A stretch of DNA of 63,348 nucleotides, counting the filler, from Pelomyxa schiedti (Eukaryota; Protista; Evosea), in NCBI GenBank assembly GCA_020536535.1. It is 15 parts of 15 records of this genome, joined end to end, with 100 filler letters (N's around TTAATTAATTAA, not from the genome) between each part and the next. Parts side by side here need not be neighbours in the genome. Positions count along the whole stretch, not along the records: positions 47,828 to 49,603 come from JAHLWZ010002281.1; positions 49,704 to 52,098 come from JAHLWZ010002012.1; positions 52,199 to 53,365 come from JAHLWZ010002744.1; positions 53,466 to 55,223 come from JAHLWZ010002288.1; positions 55,324 to 62,172 come from JAHLWZ010000522.1; 10 more parts are not named here. The stretch is one strand, 5' to 3'. The notes below the pieces were generated by a model that was given only the letters and a program-made list of their open reading frames with translations, did no database searches and was not told the DNA's origin. Shown piece after piece: positions 48,175-60,730 of the stretch (positions within the stretch are counted from its first letter, which is position 1; each line of letters opens with the position of its first letter). The translations under genes were made by a program, and so were the position numbers.

Positions 48175-48660
48175 AAACAGACATCCCAGCTAGAGATTAT
48201 CCAAAAAGTGAAAGTAACATGATGTTGCTTGCTCAGTTTGTAACCTTCGTCGTACCCCAAAACGCCCACCAACGTTGTTGTTTGACCACGAGCAGTAGTA
48301 CACCAATTGAGCATGCGCAGCACAGACTTCAGCTCCGCGCACTTGTCGCCCCGGCATAGCGCAGCACCACTTGTTTTTTTTTTATGTACTCTTTTTTCCA
48401 AGACAGAAATGAAAGAAAAATTGTGGGAAACTTTTCACAACAAAAAAAAAGTATCGACCAACTTGAAGCCACCGGCGCCTTCCACACAATTTTACTCAGA
48501 CCATTGTGGCGTGGATTTGACTCTGCGCTCTTATCCAGCCACTTTGCAGGGCAATGATGCCTAAGGTGGTGGTTATGTGGCCCTGCCTTTCTCATTCTAC
48601 TGGGAGGGTAGTTCACAAAGAAAGGGTCTTCCGCTGGTGTGATTGTGAGAGGTGGTTTTT

Positions 48661-49603
48661 TTATACTTTGTTTTTGTTGAAGGTGGTTGTGTCAGAGTAG
48701 ATAGACGAGAAGTGGCTGTGGAACTTGGCTCGTATGTCACTGGGCAGAGGGAGGTTCACCAGAGTGGACAGAATCGAGACCGCCTCTTGCCGGCTCGGTC
48801 TCCCGCCACTGACACCTTCCACGTTGCTGGAAAAGCGGCCGCGGAGGAGCTGCTTTATCGTGCGGGTCATCATAATGGTAACGCAGAGTCTGGCCTGTGA
48901 CAGGTTGCCTTCAAGCGGCGGTGTGCAGTGCAGGCTGAAATTCACGTTAGGAATTCACTATAGGATAAGTTGGGGAGTGCTTACCGGAGCTCGCGCCCTT
49001 CGCGGATGCACGCGGTCTTCCCAGAGCTTAAGCTTAGACAATAGGGTGCTCGGCAGCTCCGCGGGGTCCATCCGGTTGGTTAAATCCATGAACTCCATGA
49101 CAACACTGCCACCTGATCCCCACTGGTCGATTTCATGTCTGTGTTCCGAGAGTGCTTGGAGTGCGTCATCCAATTTTGCCAATAGATGGGTCTCAGCTTT
49201 GAAGTCACCATAGCTCTTTGTTCCACGTACAACTACAATGGGAACTACTTGGGCTATGAGAAGTTCATGGGCTTAGATAAAATCTTCTGCTTGTATGAGG
49301 TAGTTCACTTTCTGCAAAAGTGCATCTTGGTCATTTGTACAGATAGAATTTGCCTCGGCGCGGAGTAGCCATTGTGACGGGATACAATTGAGCCAGTGAA
49401 GGAAGCTAAGTTTTTCTGTCAATGTTTTTGGGGCGAGAAGTTTTTCACTGTAGGGGAAGTTGTCGGCCCAACTGCTTTCACTGGCAAGACTTTCGGGTAG
49501 ATTCACGCCCTGAGCAACGTGGAGATCCAGTATTTTTTGTATTGCCTTTTGAAGGTACCACTCAGTTTCACGACTCACCTAAAAAGACCTTTGTAAGTAA
49601 ACA
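48661..49603 (-). CDS. Multi-exon hypothetical protein, 5' truncated
   Basis: Three consecutive minus-strand ORFs separated by intron-like segments. Contains VPIVVVRGTKS (weakly like a Ras G4 motif). Confidence 0.35.
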
Positions 49604-50032
49604 NNNNNNNNNNNNNNNNNNNNNNNNNNNNNNNNNNNNNNNNNNNNTTAATTAATTAANNNNNNNNNNNNNNNNNNNNNNNNNNNNNNNNNNNNNNNNN
49701 NNNTTCTTATTGCTGTATTTGTGCGCCCAGCTGCGCTGTGCGCTGATCATTACCTTCGCTGTCTCATTCTGGTAATAGTCCAGATTCAGCTCAGTCCTCA
49801 GTCTCTCCAATCCCGCTAAAGTGCACCAGACTTCAGAGCCTCGCGAGCAAGGCCGAGTTCGTGTACTTTGTGGAAGTACACATGTGTGCTTCTGTGGGAT
49901 GTAGTTTGTTGTGTGATGGTGAAGCAGAGAACAAGAACGAGATCAAGAAAAGATTCTATTATTTGTTCTGTTTGTTTGTTGTTTGTTTAGGTTTGTGAGG
50001 TTTAACACTTCCACAAATGACACAAGTATTCA

Positions 50033-50938
50033 TCATAGTAATTGCAACGTGAAAATAGCAAGACCAGAAGCAGGATCAACAAGATGAACTTTGGAGCAGC
50101 TTTCCTCCACAATAACGAAATCACCAGCAGCGGTCAGACCTCTGCACACACATGGGATGGCAAACACCTTCACCTCCTGGGAATTGCCACTGAAATCCCA
50201 CATGCAGCACTCATTACTCCCGACTTCTCTCTCAGCAATAAAAAGGGTATCTGTGACGGTACGACGACACGTTGAAGTGCAGAGTTCCCTGGGAGTTCCT
50301 CCTCCCATGTCATACATGTAAGAGATAGTATTTGCCAACACCCTCCTGGATCCCCAGAAGCACTGGTAAACAGATACACCCAGTACACCCCATTCCACAG
50401 GTTTCACCATGTCCACAGTATCCACAGGAACAATCTCACCAGTTTCCCATGCCCTTGCTGAATCAATCAAGTGTATGAAATGGTGATGGTGTGCGTAGCA
50501 ACACACCCAAAAGAAACTGCCATCACCCACAAAGGACTTGAAAAACGTGTGGTGGGCACTCTCACATTCCTTGCAGGTGGCCAGCTTCCTTGGACCCAGC
50601 ACGCACAACAATCCCTTTTTTGAATCCGCCTCACAATCACTTGTTCTCCCACCACACTGCACAACAGGAGGACTAACCACCACCCTCCACATGTTCCACT
50701 GTGAACTCACAGAGTCAATTATCCACTGGCCTCTGCCTTTCACTGTGCATAAATTGCCTGATTCCGGAATTGGCACCTCGCACCCATTCACGATGTCACA
50801 CACAGCAGCAGGCACTGGGCGTTGAACTGGGCGCAGGCAGAGGCTTCTGTTGTCGGTCATCCACACCACGTTGTCCCCGAGGTCCATTTGTTTGATTATG
50901 GCATCCCTGGTCGTCACTCCCAGTGTGTGCTTTGACAT
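50033..50938 (-). CDS. Expanded-family beta-propeller-like protein lacking its header (possibly a truncated pseudogene)
   Basis: Starts at SKHTLGVT (equivalent to internal SPLLMGI/SCALMGV of paralogues); VTDTLF, MWDF and a terminal VHLVDPASGLAIFTL. Confidence 0.65.
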   Translation of the reverse strand: MSKHTLGVTTRDAIIKQMDLGDNVVWMTDNRSLCLRPVQRPVPAAVCDIVNGCEVPIPESGNLCTVKGRGQWIIDSVSSQWNMWRVVVSPPVVQCGGRTSDCEADSKKGLLCVLGPRKLATCKECESAHHTFFKSFVGDGSFFWVCCYAHHHHFIHLIDSARAWETGEIVPVDTVDMVKPVEWGVLGVSVYQCFWGSRRVLANTISYMYDMGGGTPRELCTSTCRRTVTDTLFIAEREVGSNECCMWDFSGNSQEVKVFAIPCVCRGLTAAGDFVIVEESCSKVHLVDPASGLAIFTLQLL

Positions 50939-53465
50939 TTGTTAACTCGCTAAAGAACGTATGATAGTGTCCTTAAGGGGGTTCTGTTATTCTCCTAACT
51001 TTACATTATTCCTTGGTTCCTGAGCCTGGGTGATGGTGACGTAACATCTACTGTGGCTTGGTAGATATCCTCCCCAGGATCCCTCTCACAGCTCTTGAGG
51101 GATATAACACACTCCCGCCTCATCTTACATGCTTGGTGGTATGCTCTCCCAGGCACTTGCATTCAATCAGGATGATATTCCCATTGGGGCCATGTGTTTT
51201 GTGCCTCATCCCTTCTCCTCCACCTCTTTCCCAGTGGGGCCTGGTCCAGTTGGTCTTTGTACTCCACCCTTTCACCCTTTCACCCTTTCCCTTCCACTCA
51301 GCTGGCGAACGTAACCCCATAGAGGCCCAGTGTTGGTCGCGCTATCACCTCGTGCAGGGCCCTTGTGCCCGTCGGTGAGACATCTGACCCTTAGGCGTTG
51401 TCATTGTGCTTTCCACTTCCCCCACCAGTTTACAGGTCCCTGATCCTCCACTTCCCAGCACTGGCCCCCACTCCCAATTCAGAAATGTATTTCACCATAG
51501 CTACACTTCATTCTGTCTGCCACTGCAGGTGGCCTTCTACACCTCGCAGTCTCTGCCTGGTTGGAATCTTGCTGGATCCTCAAATTAGGCCTTCCTCCCC
51601 TTTGGAGCTCCTCATGATGCACCCTGATCCCCCCCACTGCCCTTTGTTGCACTTGTGATCCCACAGCAACCTTCCCCTTCAGGATCTTCAAGCCCATCGG
51701 CCAGAGTCAGTACAACCGGGACGGAGCGGAACGGGCTGGCATGGATCGGCATAGCGGAGTGGTGTACTGGTGCTGGTCGGCCTCGGGGGTGAATCGGAAC
51801 AGAGTGGTGCAAGTCCGGTGTGGATCGGTGGTGAATCGGCATGAGCGGAATCGGTGTGTTGCATGATTTTCGGTATCAGCCAAGTCAAGGGTGCCTGCCC
51901 GTTCTTTTCAGGTCTGCCCGATTATCCTTGTGTTGGTGGGCATCTTCCTCACTGCTGTGCATATTTTTGCCCCTGTAGTAGTTCACTGTCTGCTGCATGC
52001 TGTCGTCCTGCAGTGCCTCCCCTTTCTGTTACGGCAATTTCCTGCCTCCTGCTATTGAGGCACTTTTCCTTCTGCCTCCTCCTTCTATCGAGGGGCAGNN
52101 NNNNNNNNNNNNNNNNNNNNNNNNNNNNNNNNNNNNNNNNNNTTAATTAATTAANNNNNNNNNNNNNNNNNNNNNNNNNNNNNNNNNNNNNNNNNNNNTT
52201 AGGCCTTTGGAACACACCGCTTCAATACCCCTCTGCAGAGTACAACACCATTACACCTCCAGCACAACCTGTCTATCAACCACTCCAATACAACGAAAAG
52301 TTGTGGATGCCCCCGCAAGCACTCACAAGTCCCCCAGTGATTCATTACAACCACCAAACACACAGTGAAGAACCCAAGCCTTACACATGTGAACCCACAG
52401 CTCCAGTAACGCAGGCTGTTGTACCAACGCCATCTAATAATGCGCGCTCCATTGGGACCATCGTCAAGGAACTCGTAGAGTGGTGGAAACCGGTTATGTG
52501 GTCTATGGTGACCGGATTGTTTAGCTGGCAGCAGCAACCACAAGCAACACCACCGCAACGCCAACCGGAGCCGCTGCCACTTCCCCCGCCACCCCAACCA
52601 CCTCTGCATAGTACCCCAATTACCCCCCCCCAGCAGACTAGGCAGTATAAAATGCCAAACAGACACCCGTTCGCACGTCCAACCGGACCTTACGCCCGAA
52701 CCACCTCCGCGCAACAAACATTCAGACCACACCAACAAGAACCTTTCTCAACCACGCTGTCCAACTTCGAGTGAGTCTTCCTTCTTCAGGCCAGCTGAAT
52801 TCACTCTGCACAAACCAATGACCATCATCCGATCCTCTTGGTTTGGTTTCCGATGCTGGTGGAAAGGCTGCCCTAGTGTCACAGATAACTGGACCCTGTG
52901 TTATTCTTATTCAAAGTAATAGGGCTACTCTTAACGAGTAGAACTTTTCTTGTTTCAAAGATTTTTACTCGGGGAATCCCCTTCCACGCAGTCACGGCAA
53001 CAACCACGTTTTCCCAAACTAGGGGAGCAAAATGATGAACACTGTGTGAACAGACACAGAGAGGGAAGGTTGTAGTTGTGTGCTGTGCATTGTGGCTTTG
53101 AATATGTGGTACACTTCATAGGAATGCCCCTGGGTGTGCATTTCAGCGGCACCATCAACGCAGCACACTGGGCTGTCGGGATGGTCAGGATGGTGGATGA
53201 CGGCCACGAAACAAACGTGGACTTGATGCACGGTTTCGCTGAGTTTGTTGGGAACGATGGAGATTCTAATGTGGAGGTCCAGGTCATTGTGAAGGTCTGT
53301 GTTGGGTAAGGCAACAGTGATCTCTTCCAGTGTGCTGATGGTTGAGGGATGTTGCCCTTGGGAGANNNNNNNNNNNNNNNNNNNNNNNNNNNNNNNNNNN
53401 NNNNNNNNNTTAATTAATTAANNNNNNNNNNNNNNNNNNNNNNNNNNNNNNNNNNNNNNNNNNNN

Positions 53466-54900
53466 CATCATCATCTGTCTGCAATAACCAGAGCATTGTG
53501 GCCTCGACGACCTCCCGGCATGTTGTGCTGTTTCCTGTTGTATTCGATGGCAGTTTTGTGCTCTGTAAAGCATCGTGAGTGTAAATGATGCAAATACACA
53601 CACATACCTGCGTACCACCACTGAAGCCCACGTCCATCAGTTTCAGTTGGGGAACGTAGCTGCTGGATCTCTCTTTGGCGTTGTGATTGCGGGTGTCCCA
53701 GAGTCTGACTTTGATTCAGATTCAGATTCAGATGCAGATTTCTCCCTGTCATTATGTTGTGCCTTGGGTCCCAACGTTGTTGCTCCTGGGCTTTTCACCG
53801 TTGCCTCCAAGTTTTCTTCTTCGTCAGCGCTGGAATCAGAGTTGTTAGAACTACACACTGACTCGTCGGAGCTCTCCGATTGGAGCTGGAATGGCTGAAT
53901 GAGACGACTATGCCTTTCAGTTTCAGAGTGTACATTCATGAAGTGGTGGAAACAGCTGGTGATGGCAGTAGAACTGGGAGAGACTGGTACATCAAGCACT
54001 CCCAACTTAAGATTCATTAAGAATGTGGCCTAGCAGCGCCCTGGTTGGGTGTGAGTTTATAGAAAGAGCAATGTGGTATCAACCTTTCTGAATCAATTTT
54101 GCCGTCACGTGTTTCAAATTGTTGTCAGAAGGCCTCAACACCTTCACTTGACGCCTCTTTATAACACACGGCCATGAACATATCCTTAATCAAATTCATC
54201 TGCTTCAACAGCAAAAATACACCACCAGCTCAAGTGACAACGTATGTTGTGGCATCAACACCAGAGTCACCAACAGCCATGACACTGACGTCAATATGAG
54301 GAGGTTGAGGCAATCAGTGGAATATCTCTTACCCAATTTTGATATTTGGTACATCAGCAATAAGTGCAGCCACCATTTTCGATAAATCAGCTCGGAGTGG
54401 TACAAAAACAGAGTACATGAAGCCTGCGGAAAAAATGCCTGCAACCAAGTGGAAAAAAAAGAAGAAACCAAGGCAAACACGACCTCAATGTCCTTTGAGG
54501 AAGTAGCGAAGGAGGAGACCAACTGGGCCTTGATGAACTCAGCATCCAGCTCAGGTGTGTGTCGCCGCGCAACTTGTAGTTGTGGTGGAACTGGATGCAG
54601 AAGAAGTAGGTGCAGGCTTTCCTCCCTGTCCCCCCCTTTCCACCCTTCTTTTTCCCCTTGCCTTTCCTTCCCCCTGGCATAACTTCCTCAGCGACAAGGG
54701 CTTCGTGCGTAGCAGACTTCGAATACGAAGTAGTAGAAGTTGAGGTAGATGGAGTTGTTGTTGTTGACGACGGAGGAGGAAGGGAAGCACAGTGTTTCGC
54801 AGCCGGCGTCGCTGTGACGGAAGTGGGAGATGTGGCCAGCGGTACGATGAGAACGAGGGTTGATTCTTTGACTAGACCACACTGGCGTCATATGACAAGG
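53466..54900 (-). pseudogene. Probable pseudogene with a degenerate Rho/Ras-like domain
   Basis: DVSVMAVGDSGVDATTYVVT*AGGVF (broken G1, in-frame stop) and KLGVLDVP (broken G3). Confidence 0.3.
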
Positions 54901-55432
54901 TCTTGCCGTAAATGAGCACCGATTTTGTCCAAGGTCTTCTGTTCCAGGCTGGCCACCGTGTCAGAAGGATCTACCTCTGTGGGTCACGTGGTACCCATCA
55001 CGATTTTTTTTTGTGTTTCAACAACCATTCACCTTTGCCAAACTTTTCGTTTTGTCGCTGTGATGGTGGCCTCAGAGTTGACGAATGTGAGGAGGGCGTG
55101 GCATTTCGGATTTCACGGTGGCGTTGATAGTGGTTGGTGTCGGCAGATCAGTGCCGGGTATGGGTGCGGTTATTGTTTCTGGGCTATTGTCGGCCAGCTC
55201 CTCTGATTCTTCTACGGATACGGNNNNNNNNNNNNNNNNNNNNNNNNNNNNNNNNNNNNNNNNNNNNTTAATTAATTAANNNNNNNNNNNNNNNNNNNNN
55301 NNNNNNNNNNNNNNNNNNNNNNNGTCTCCGCCGTTGTTGTGTTTGGTGAGAATGTGCCGGTCTCATCGGGTGCAGGTGATTTATGAAGACGCCCAAACGA
55401 TCTTCCTGAACCCTTCCGTCCCCCATGAGAAA

Positions 55433-55522
55433 AGGACCAAATGTGTACCAGAAAATTGAATTATTTACTCATCCTCAGGATCAAATGTGTACCAGAAAAT
55501 TGAATTATTTACTCATCCTCAG
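55433..55522 (+). repeat. 44-bp tandem duplication spanning a whole 36-nt GT-AG intron-like unit
   Basis: AGGA[C/T]CAAAT-GTGTACCAGAAAATTGAATTATTTACTCATCCTC twice, followed by AG. Confidence 0.85.
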
Positions 55523-57820
55523 TACTGCTTTCGGAAGACCACTTTTTCTTCCAGTCGACGGAGAAGCGCCATGAGCTCTCTGATTTTCCCATGATCTCAA
55601 GAGGGCCTGGCCCCCATTTTCTCCTGCCAGTCCAAAACCACATTTTCAGTTCTCCCTGAATCAGAAACGCTAGTCCTCCTTCGATGAAACAACCGTCATC
55701 GGAGCCGGGAACCACACTCACCCAAGTGACAACTCACTGCCAGCAACCAACGGCCACGACCACGGCCGCGGCTACCACCACCAACGACCGCAGTGACCGA
55801 GTATTGGCCGATCACATAAACATCCCATAAATGATTCACAAGTACAATGGTTTTTGCTTTTTTTCCCTCCCCAGCCACTCTCCTTACTTTGTAAGTTAAG
55901 GTTAAATTTGTTGTTGTGGACCCTATCTCTGAGGAGACATTCGAGGGCTCTCTTGAACTTGGCCCTCTTGACCCTACCATAAATATCAATATCGTTTTAA
56001 TCCTTTCCATAAAGAATGCATCCATTCGGCGGGAAGCTGAAACCTTTCTCCTTTCTCCAAAGGATATACCCCTAAGGGGTCCCGTTGTTCTTGTCAAGGT
56101 TATTAGTCTGATAATTTTTTATCCTTTTATTCAGATTTTGGCAAAGGTGAAAGGAAGCCTGAACCANNNNNNNNNNNNNNNNNNNNNNNNNNNNNNNNNN
56201 NNNNNNNNNNNNNNNNNNNNNNNNNNNNNNNNNNNNNNNNNNNNNNNNNNNNNNNNNNNNNNNNNNAATTTGATTCTTGCACCCTTCCAAGATGCCGTCC
56301 TTTCAAGAGCAAAAATCACCCCTGAGGGTTGGCCAACTTGATCATCGGAAATTCCAAACCGCGATTTATAAGTGACACAATTTACCTCCCCAGCCACTCT
56401 TAACTTACTTTGTAAGTTAAGGTTAAATTTGTTGTTGTGGACACTATCTCTGAGGAGACATTCGAGGGCTCTCTTGAACTTGGCCCTCTTGACCCTGCAC
56501 CGATAGTAGCGGGAATCAAGGTAACCATTCAACAAATGGCCAACTCCTCCTTCTAATCATTTTTTTTAATTTTTTTTTCCTTCCCAATTTATTTACTAAT
56601 ATAACCATAAATTTCAATATCGTTTTAATCCTTTCCATAAAGAATGCATCCATTCGGCGGGAAGCTGAAACCATTCTCCTTTCTCCAAAGGATATACCCC
56701 TAAGGGGTCCCGTTGTTCTTGTCAAGGTTATTAGTCTGATAATTTTTTATCCTTTTATTCAGATTTTGGCAAAGGTGAAAGGAAGCCTGAACCAAACAGT
56801 TATAACTTGTCTGAGACACCAACTACTTGAGGTAAATTAATTTCTTAATCAATTAATTTTTTTTCATCTGTTCAAAGACACAAAATGAACTCAGAGCCGT
56901 GAAAGACCAAGTTTTAGTTTTACAAAAGCAACTGGAGGCACATGCCACCATGTCTAAGCCTTCCGGGTGTATGTTTCCCTCATATTTTTGTACAAATAAA
57001 ATTCATAAAAGCTAAAGATCCCACTCGCACATTTGTTGTTCTTGAACTGGAAGGCCATTTTAATTCCAACTGTGCAGTAATAACAGAAGCGCGACTGCAC
57101 AGTTCTCATGGCGACGATATACCTTATTGTGTCTCTGGTATAATTCCTCTTGCGGGGGTAATAAACTAACTAAAGCTAACCTCCCTCCAAGGTGTGTACG
57201 ACTCTCGGAACCAAATGGTATCCCTCAGTATTTTCACCGAGAATGCTGGTCTCCCAAAAATCTCAACAACGGAAATACCCTTTACCACGATAATTCGCAA
57301 GGAATGAGCAGTTCCGTCGCACTGATGGTCGGAAATCAACAAGAATCATGCTGGTCAAGATTGTTGCTGACATTCCCAAGTGTGCCAAACTCCCCCTTTT
57401 TTTCTTCCCATTCTCATCCTTCACACAAGGTTCTGAGCTCAGCAAGATGTACATATGGCTTGGATCACCAGAGCTGAGAGTTCCTCGTTGCGTGAGAGTG
57501 TATATTAGTTCCGGTAACACCGAGACCCCACCCACAGCAGCTCTCAGTTCACAACGCAGCACTGATGGGTTGTCATTGGTTCAGGGACTGCCACTTATTC
57601 CTGGCTTGCACACAGTACAATGCTTCACCATCAATTTCAAGAATTGAGAATCCTGTTGTGGCACTGACTCTCTGGCCCGCGAACATTAAAAACCCGCACG
57701 CAGCTTCAGCCATTATGGGGCAGAGCAGGTGATTGGGATTGGCGGTCTGGTGTTTTTTTATGTGACTTCGTTGTCTGCTAATACTGGCAATCACAATCAA
57801 AACAAAAATCACCCACAATA

Positions 57821-60030
57821 ATGTTTGACGATGGAAGGGGCACAGCTGGGAACGTCACGCCGGGTGCAACTGTTGAGGATGTCGAACTGAGGAGAAACCG
57901 CGTCGCCGTCGAGCATGTGTTGTCGTGGTCTCATTTGATTCTGCAATCCGTGATACCGAGGCACTTTGTACTTGTGGGGGTTGAATCAGAATCGTATGTC
58001 ACTCCTTTTTTGATTACAATTGCATCAACATTTTTGATTGGGGTAATGGGGAATCACAATAAAACTTGTTTATTTATTAATTCTTTATTATTCTTGTGAA
58101 GGGAGAAAGACCCTCAACCCGTGAGGGACATGATTACAATTGCATCGACATTTTTCCCCTTGCTGTATTGCATACGCAGAATCGTGGTCAGGGATGTCAG
58201 ACCATACTTTGTTATTGGTGTTTGTTCACACCTCTCGTATGCACTTCCCTTTGCCAAAGCAGTGGAGAAGGTGAGAAGTCTTTTTTTTAGTCCCCCTACT
58301 CAATGCTTTGTGAACTCACAGTGTGCTATTTCGTTTTTAACAAAGAAATGTGGCTGCTCTGGGCTCTATTTCCAGAACCATATTGACGAAGCTATAAACT
58401 CGGGCAATGTTCCCTTTGTGAGATATGCTCTTGAAAAGGAACTTGTTCACGGTTCACACTTTTCTCCTGCACACCTACTTATTCCTTGGCAGAAGTACTG
58501 TATTCTCTTCGGCAATATTGCCTTGCCACTTGCAGAACCGGGTGCCTTGAGATCACTCAAATTTTGTTTCAGAAGTTCCCTTCACTTGTTACTGACAACA
58601 GCCATTGTGTAGTCATGTTCATGGAAGCCTGCCTAAACGGACACACAGAAGTTGCATCTTGGCTGAGAGATACCGCTTGTATTTCTGTTGCGTCACTACA
58701 CTCAAGAGACCCTGACGATACTCTCCTCTCAAGGGTATGTGCAAAGGGCCATGTCCAGACTGCGAAGTGGCTGGTTGGTGAAATTGGGCTGACTATCCCT
58801 GACTCCCAGCTTTCTTCAACCAGGAGAGAGGCTCTCTATCTAGGAAACCTTGAGTTAGTCAAATGGCTGATTGACACCTTCCCCTCTACTGATGTTTGTT
58901 GGGCTACACAGTATTTGGGATGCTGTTGTTACACTTCAGATGTTGATTCCTTTGACTGGTTGCTGAAAAAAATGCCCAAACTTGCTGATTCATATATCAA
59001 CGTTACAGATCTCCTAGATACACTGGCCATACACAACTCTTTTGCCATGGCCCAACACGTTTTCAAAAGCCTAAAGAATTGGCAGCCCCCTGAGCCTGTG
59101 TTATCATCATCTAGTTTTGGGCACCTGTGTGAGAAGGGCAACATTGAGTTTGCAGAATGGTTCCACTCCAAGTTTCCACAGAATGAGCCTCAGCACCACT
59201 TGAACTGCCTTCACCGGTGCCTCCACAGTGGTAGCGTTGCAGCTTGTAAATGGATTCTCAAGACCTTCAACATCCCAGAGCCCTTTGAGGTGCTGAGCAC
59301 CGAGATTGTGAGGGCATGCTCCAAGCACCACGTTGAACTTGTTCACTGGTTTTCAACCTTCACCTCGTTCCAGGAACTGGCTCCAAGTGAAAAGTGCAGT
59401 GCCTTCGTTGCAGCAGCCTCAACATGGGACCTGGAGTTTACAAAATGGATGGTGGGGCAGTTATGTAATGACTCGCTCGCATTGTCATCATCCCTCTTCC
59501 GGAATGAACTCAACATCCTGATCGTTTCTTGTTGCATGGCTGGAAAACTCTCATTCCTTCAGTGGCTGTATGAGGACTACCACTTTGACGAAGCAACCAT
59601 CCAGCTGTCTGCCATCACTGCCTTCTCTGAGGGAAAGGCAGAACTTCTTGATTGGATTCTGCAGCACTTTCCAAACGAAACATCCCCCCAATTCTCACTG
59701 CACCCCACAACACCAGAAGGGAATGCCCTTGTACAGAAGATACTGCTGCAGTGCTGCAAGCAGTGTGACCTGGAGCGTGCCAAGTCATTGGCCAAGCTGT
59801 TCAGCCTCACACCTGGTGATATGAGGTTCAACGGCAACTTGCCATTGGCGACGTGCTGCACAAGTGGCTTTGTGGGTGGGGCCCAGTGGCTGCTGGATGA
59901 CTACCTTCAATTGAGTGACCTTGATTCCGTGCAGCTTTATGTGAAACAAGTGTGTTCAGCTGCAGCAGGCAAAATGTCAGGTTATCTGTGGCTTCAATCC
60001 CAACTTCAAGGCAGCAAGAACCATTCATAG
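57821..60030 (+). CDS. Ankyrin-like repeat protein, three 5' introns
   Basis: Repeats of the form ACxxGxLExAxWL (ACLNGHTEVASWL, CAKGHVQTAKWL, CEKGNIEFAEWF, CMAGKLSFLQWL). Introns at 57994-58101, ~58271-58321 and ~58452-58491 give an open frame. Confidence 0.85.
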
Positions 60031-60730
60031 TTCAACTATTGGTTGGTTCACTGATGAGTGTGTGGTGCCTGAATCAAAAACATTAGAAGGAGCAGATTCA
60101 ATCAAAAAAACCACCTTTTCTGCGATTGATCTATGTCTGAAAAAGCCGAACCAGATCAATCAGATCAAGCCGATGGACGACGGCGACCACGACGTGTCGG
60201 CCAAAAAAAACACCGTGAACTGTTATGTCATCTCTCTCGTGCAAAAACCCGCAGACATGTTGTTCCAAGCGCTCGTTAACCACAGACTGGCGTCACCACA
60301 ACAACAAAGTCGGGCTGTCGCCCCCACGTCCACCACCACCACCACATCAGCATTAACAACAACACCAACACCAACATCAACAACTACGACGCTCACTGTG
60401 ACTGACCCACGATTCATTCACCGCCGTTCTCCTCCTCCTCCTCCTCCTCCTCCTCCTTCATTGCCATCCCCTTCCCCTTCCTCTTCCTCGGTGGAATCAT
60501 CTGCTTCATCAACAACAACAACAACGCCATCGTCATCATCAGAAACATTATTATCTTCAGAAGAAACGAAACGCAGTTCAGGGAGTGACTGTGTTGGCAG
60601 CGTTGTGTTTCACAGGCAGGGCGGAAGTGGNNNNNNNNNNNNNNNNNNNNNNNNNNNNNNNNNNNNNNNNNNNNNNNNNNNNNNNNNNNNNNNNNNNNNN
60701 NNNNNNNNNNNNNNNNNNNNNNNNNNNNNN

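Noticed and set aside
52199-53365. Pro/Gln-rich ORF and convergent minus-strand ORF on a 1.2-kb scaffold
   Set aside because: No recognisable domain, and both are truncated, so a call cannot be supported.
57821-60030. Giant-virus origin suggested by ankyrin-like repeats and concatenated short contigs
   Set aside because: Spliceosomal introns and core cellular genes are present, and no viral hallmark genes were seen.
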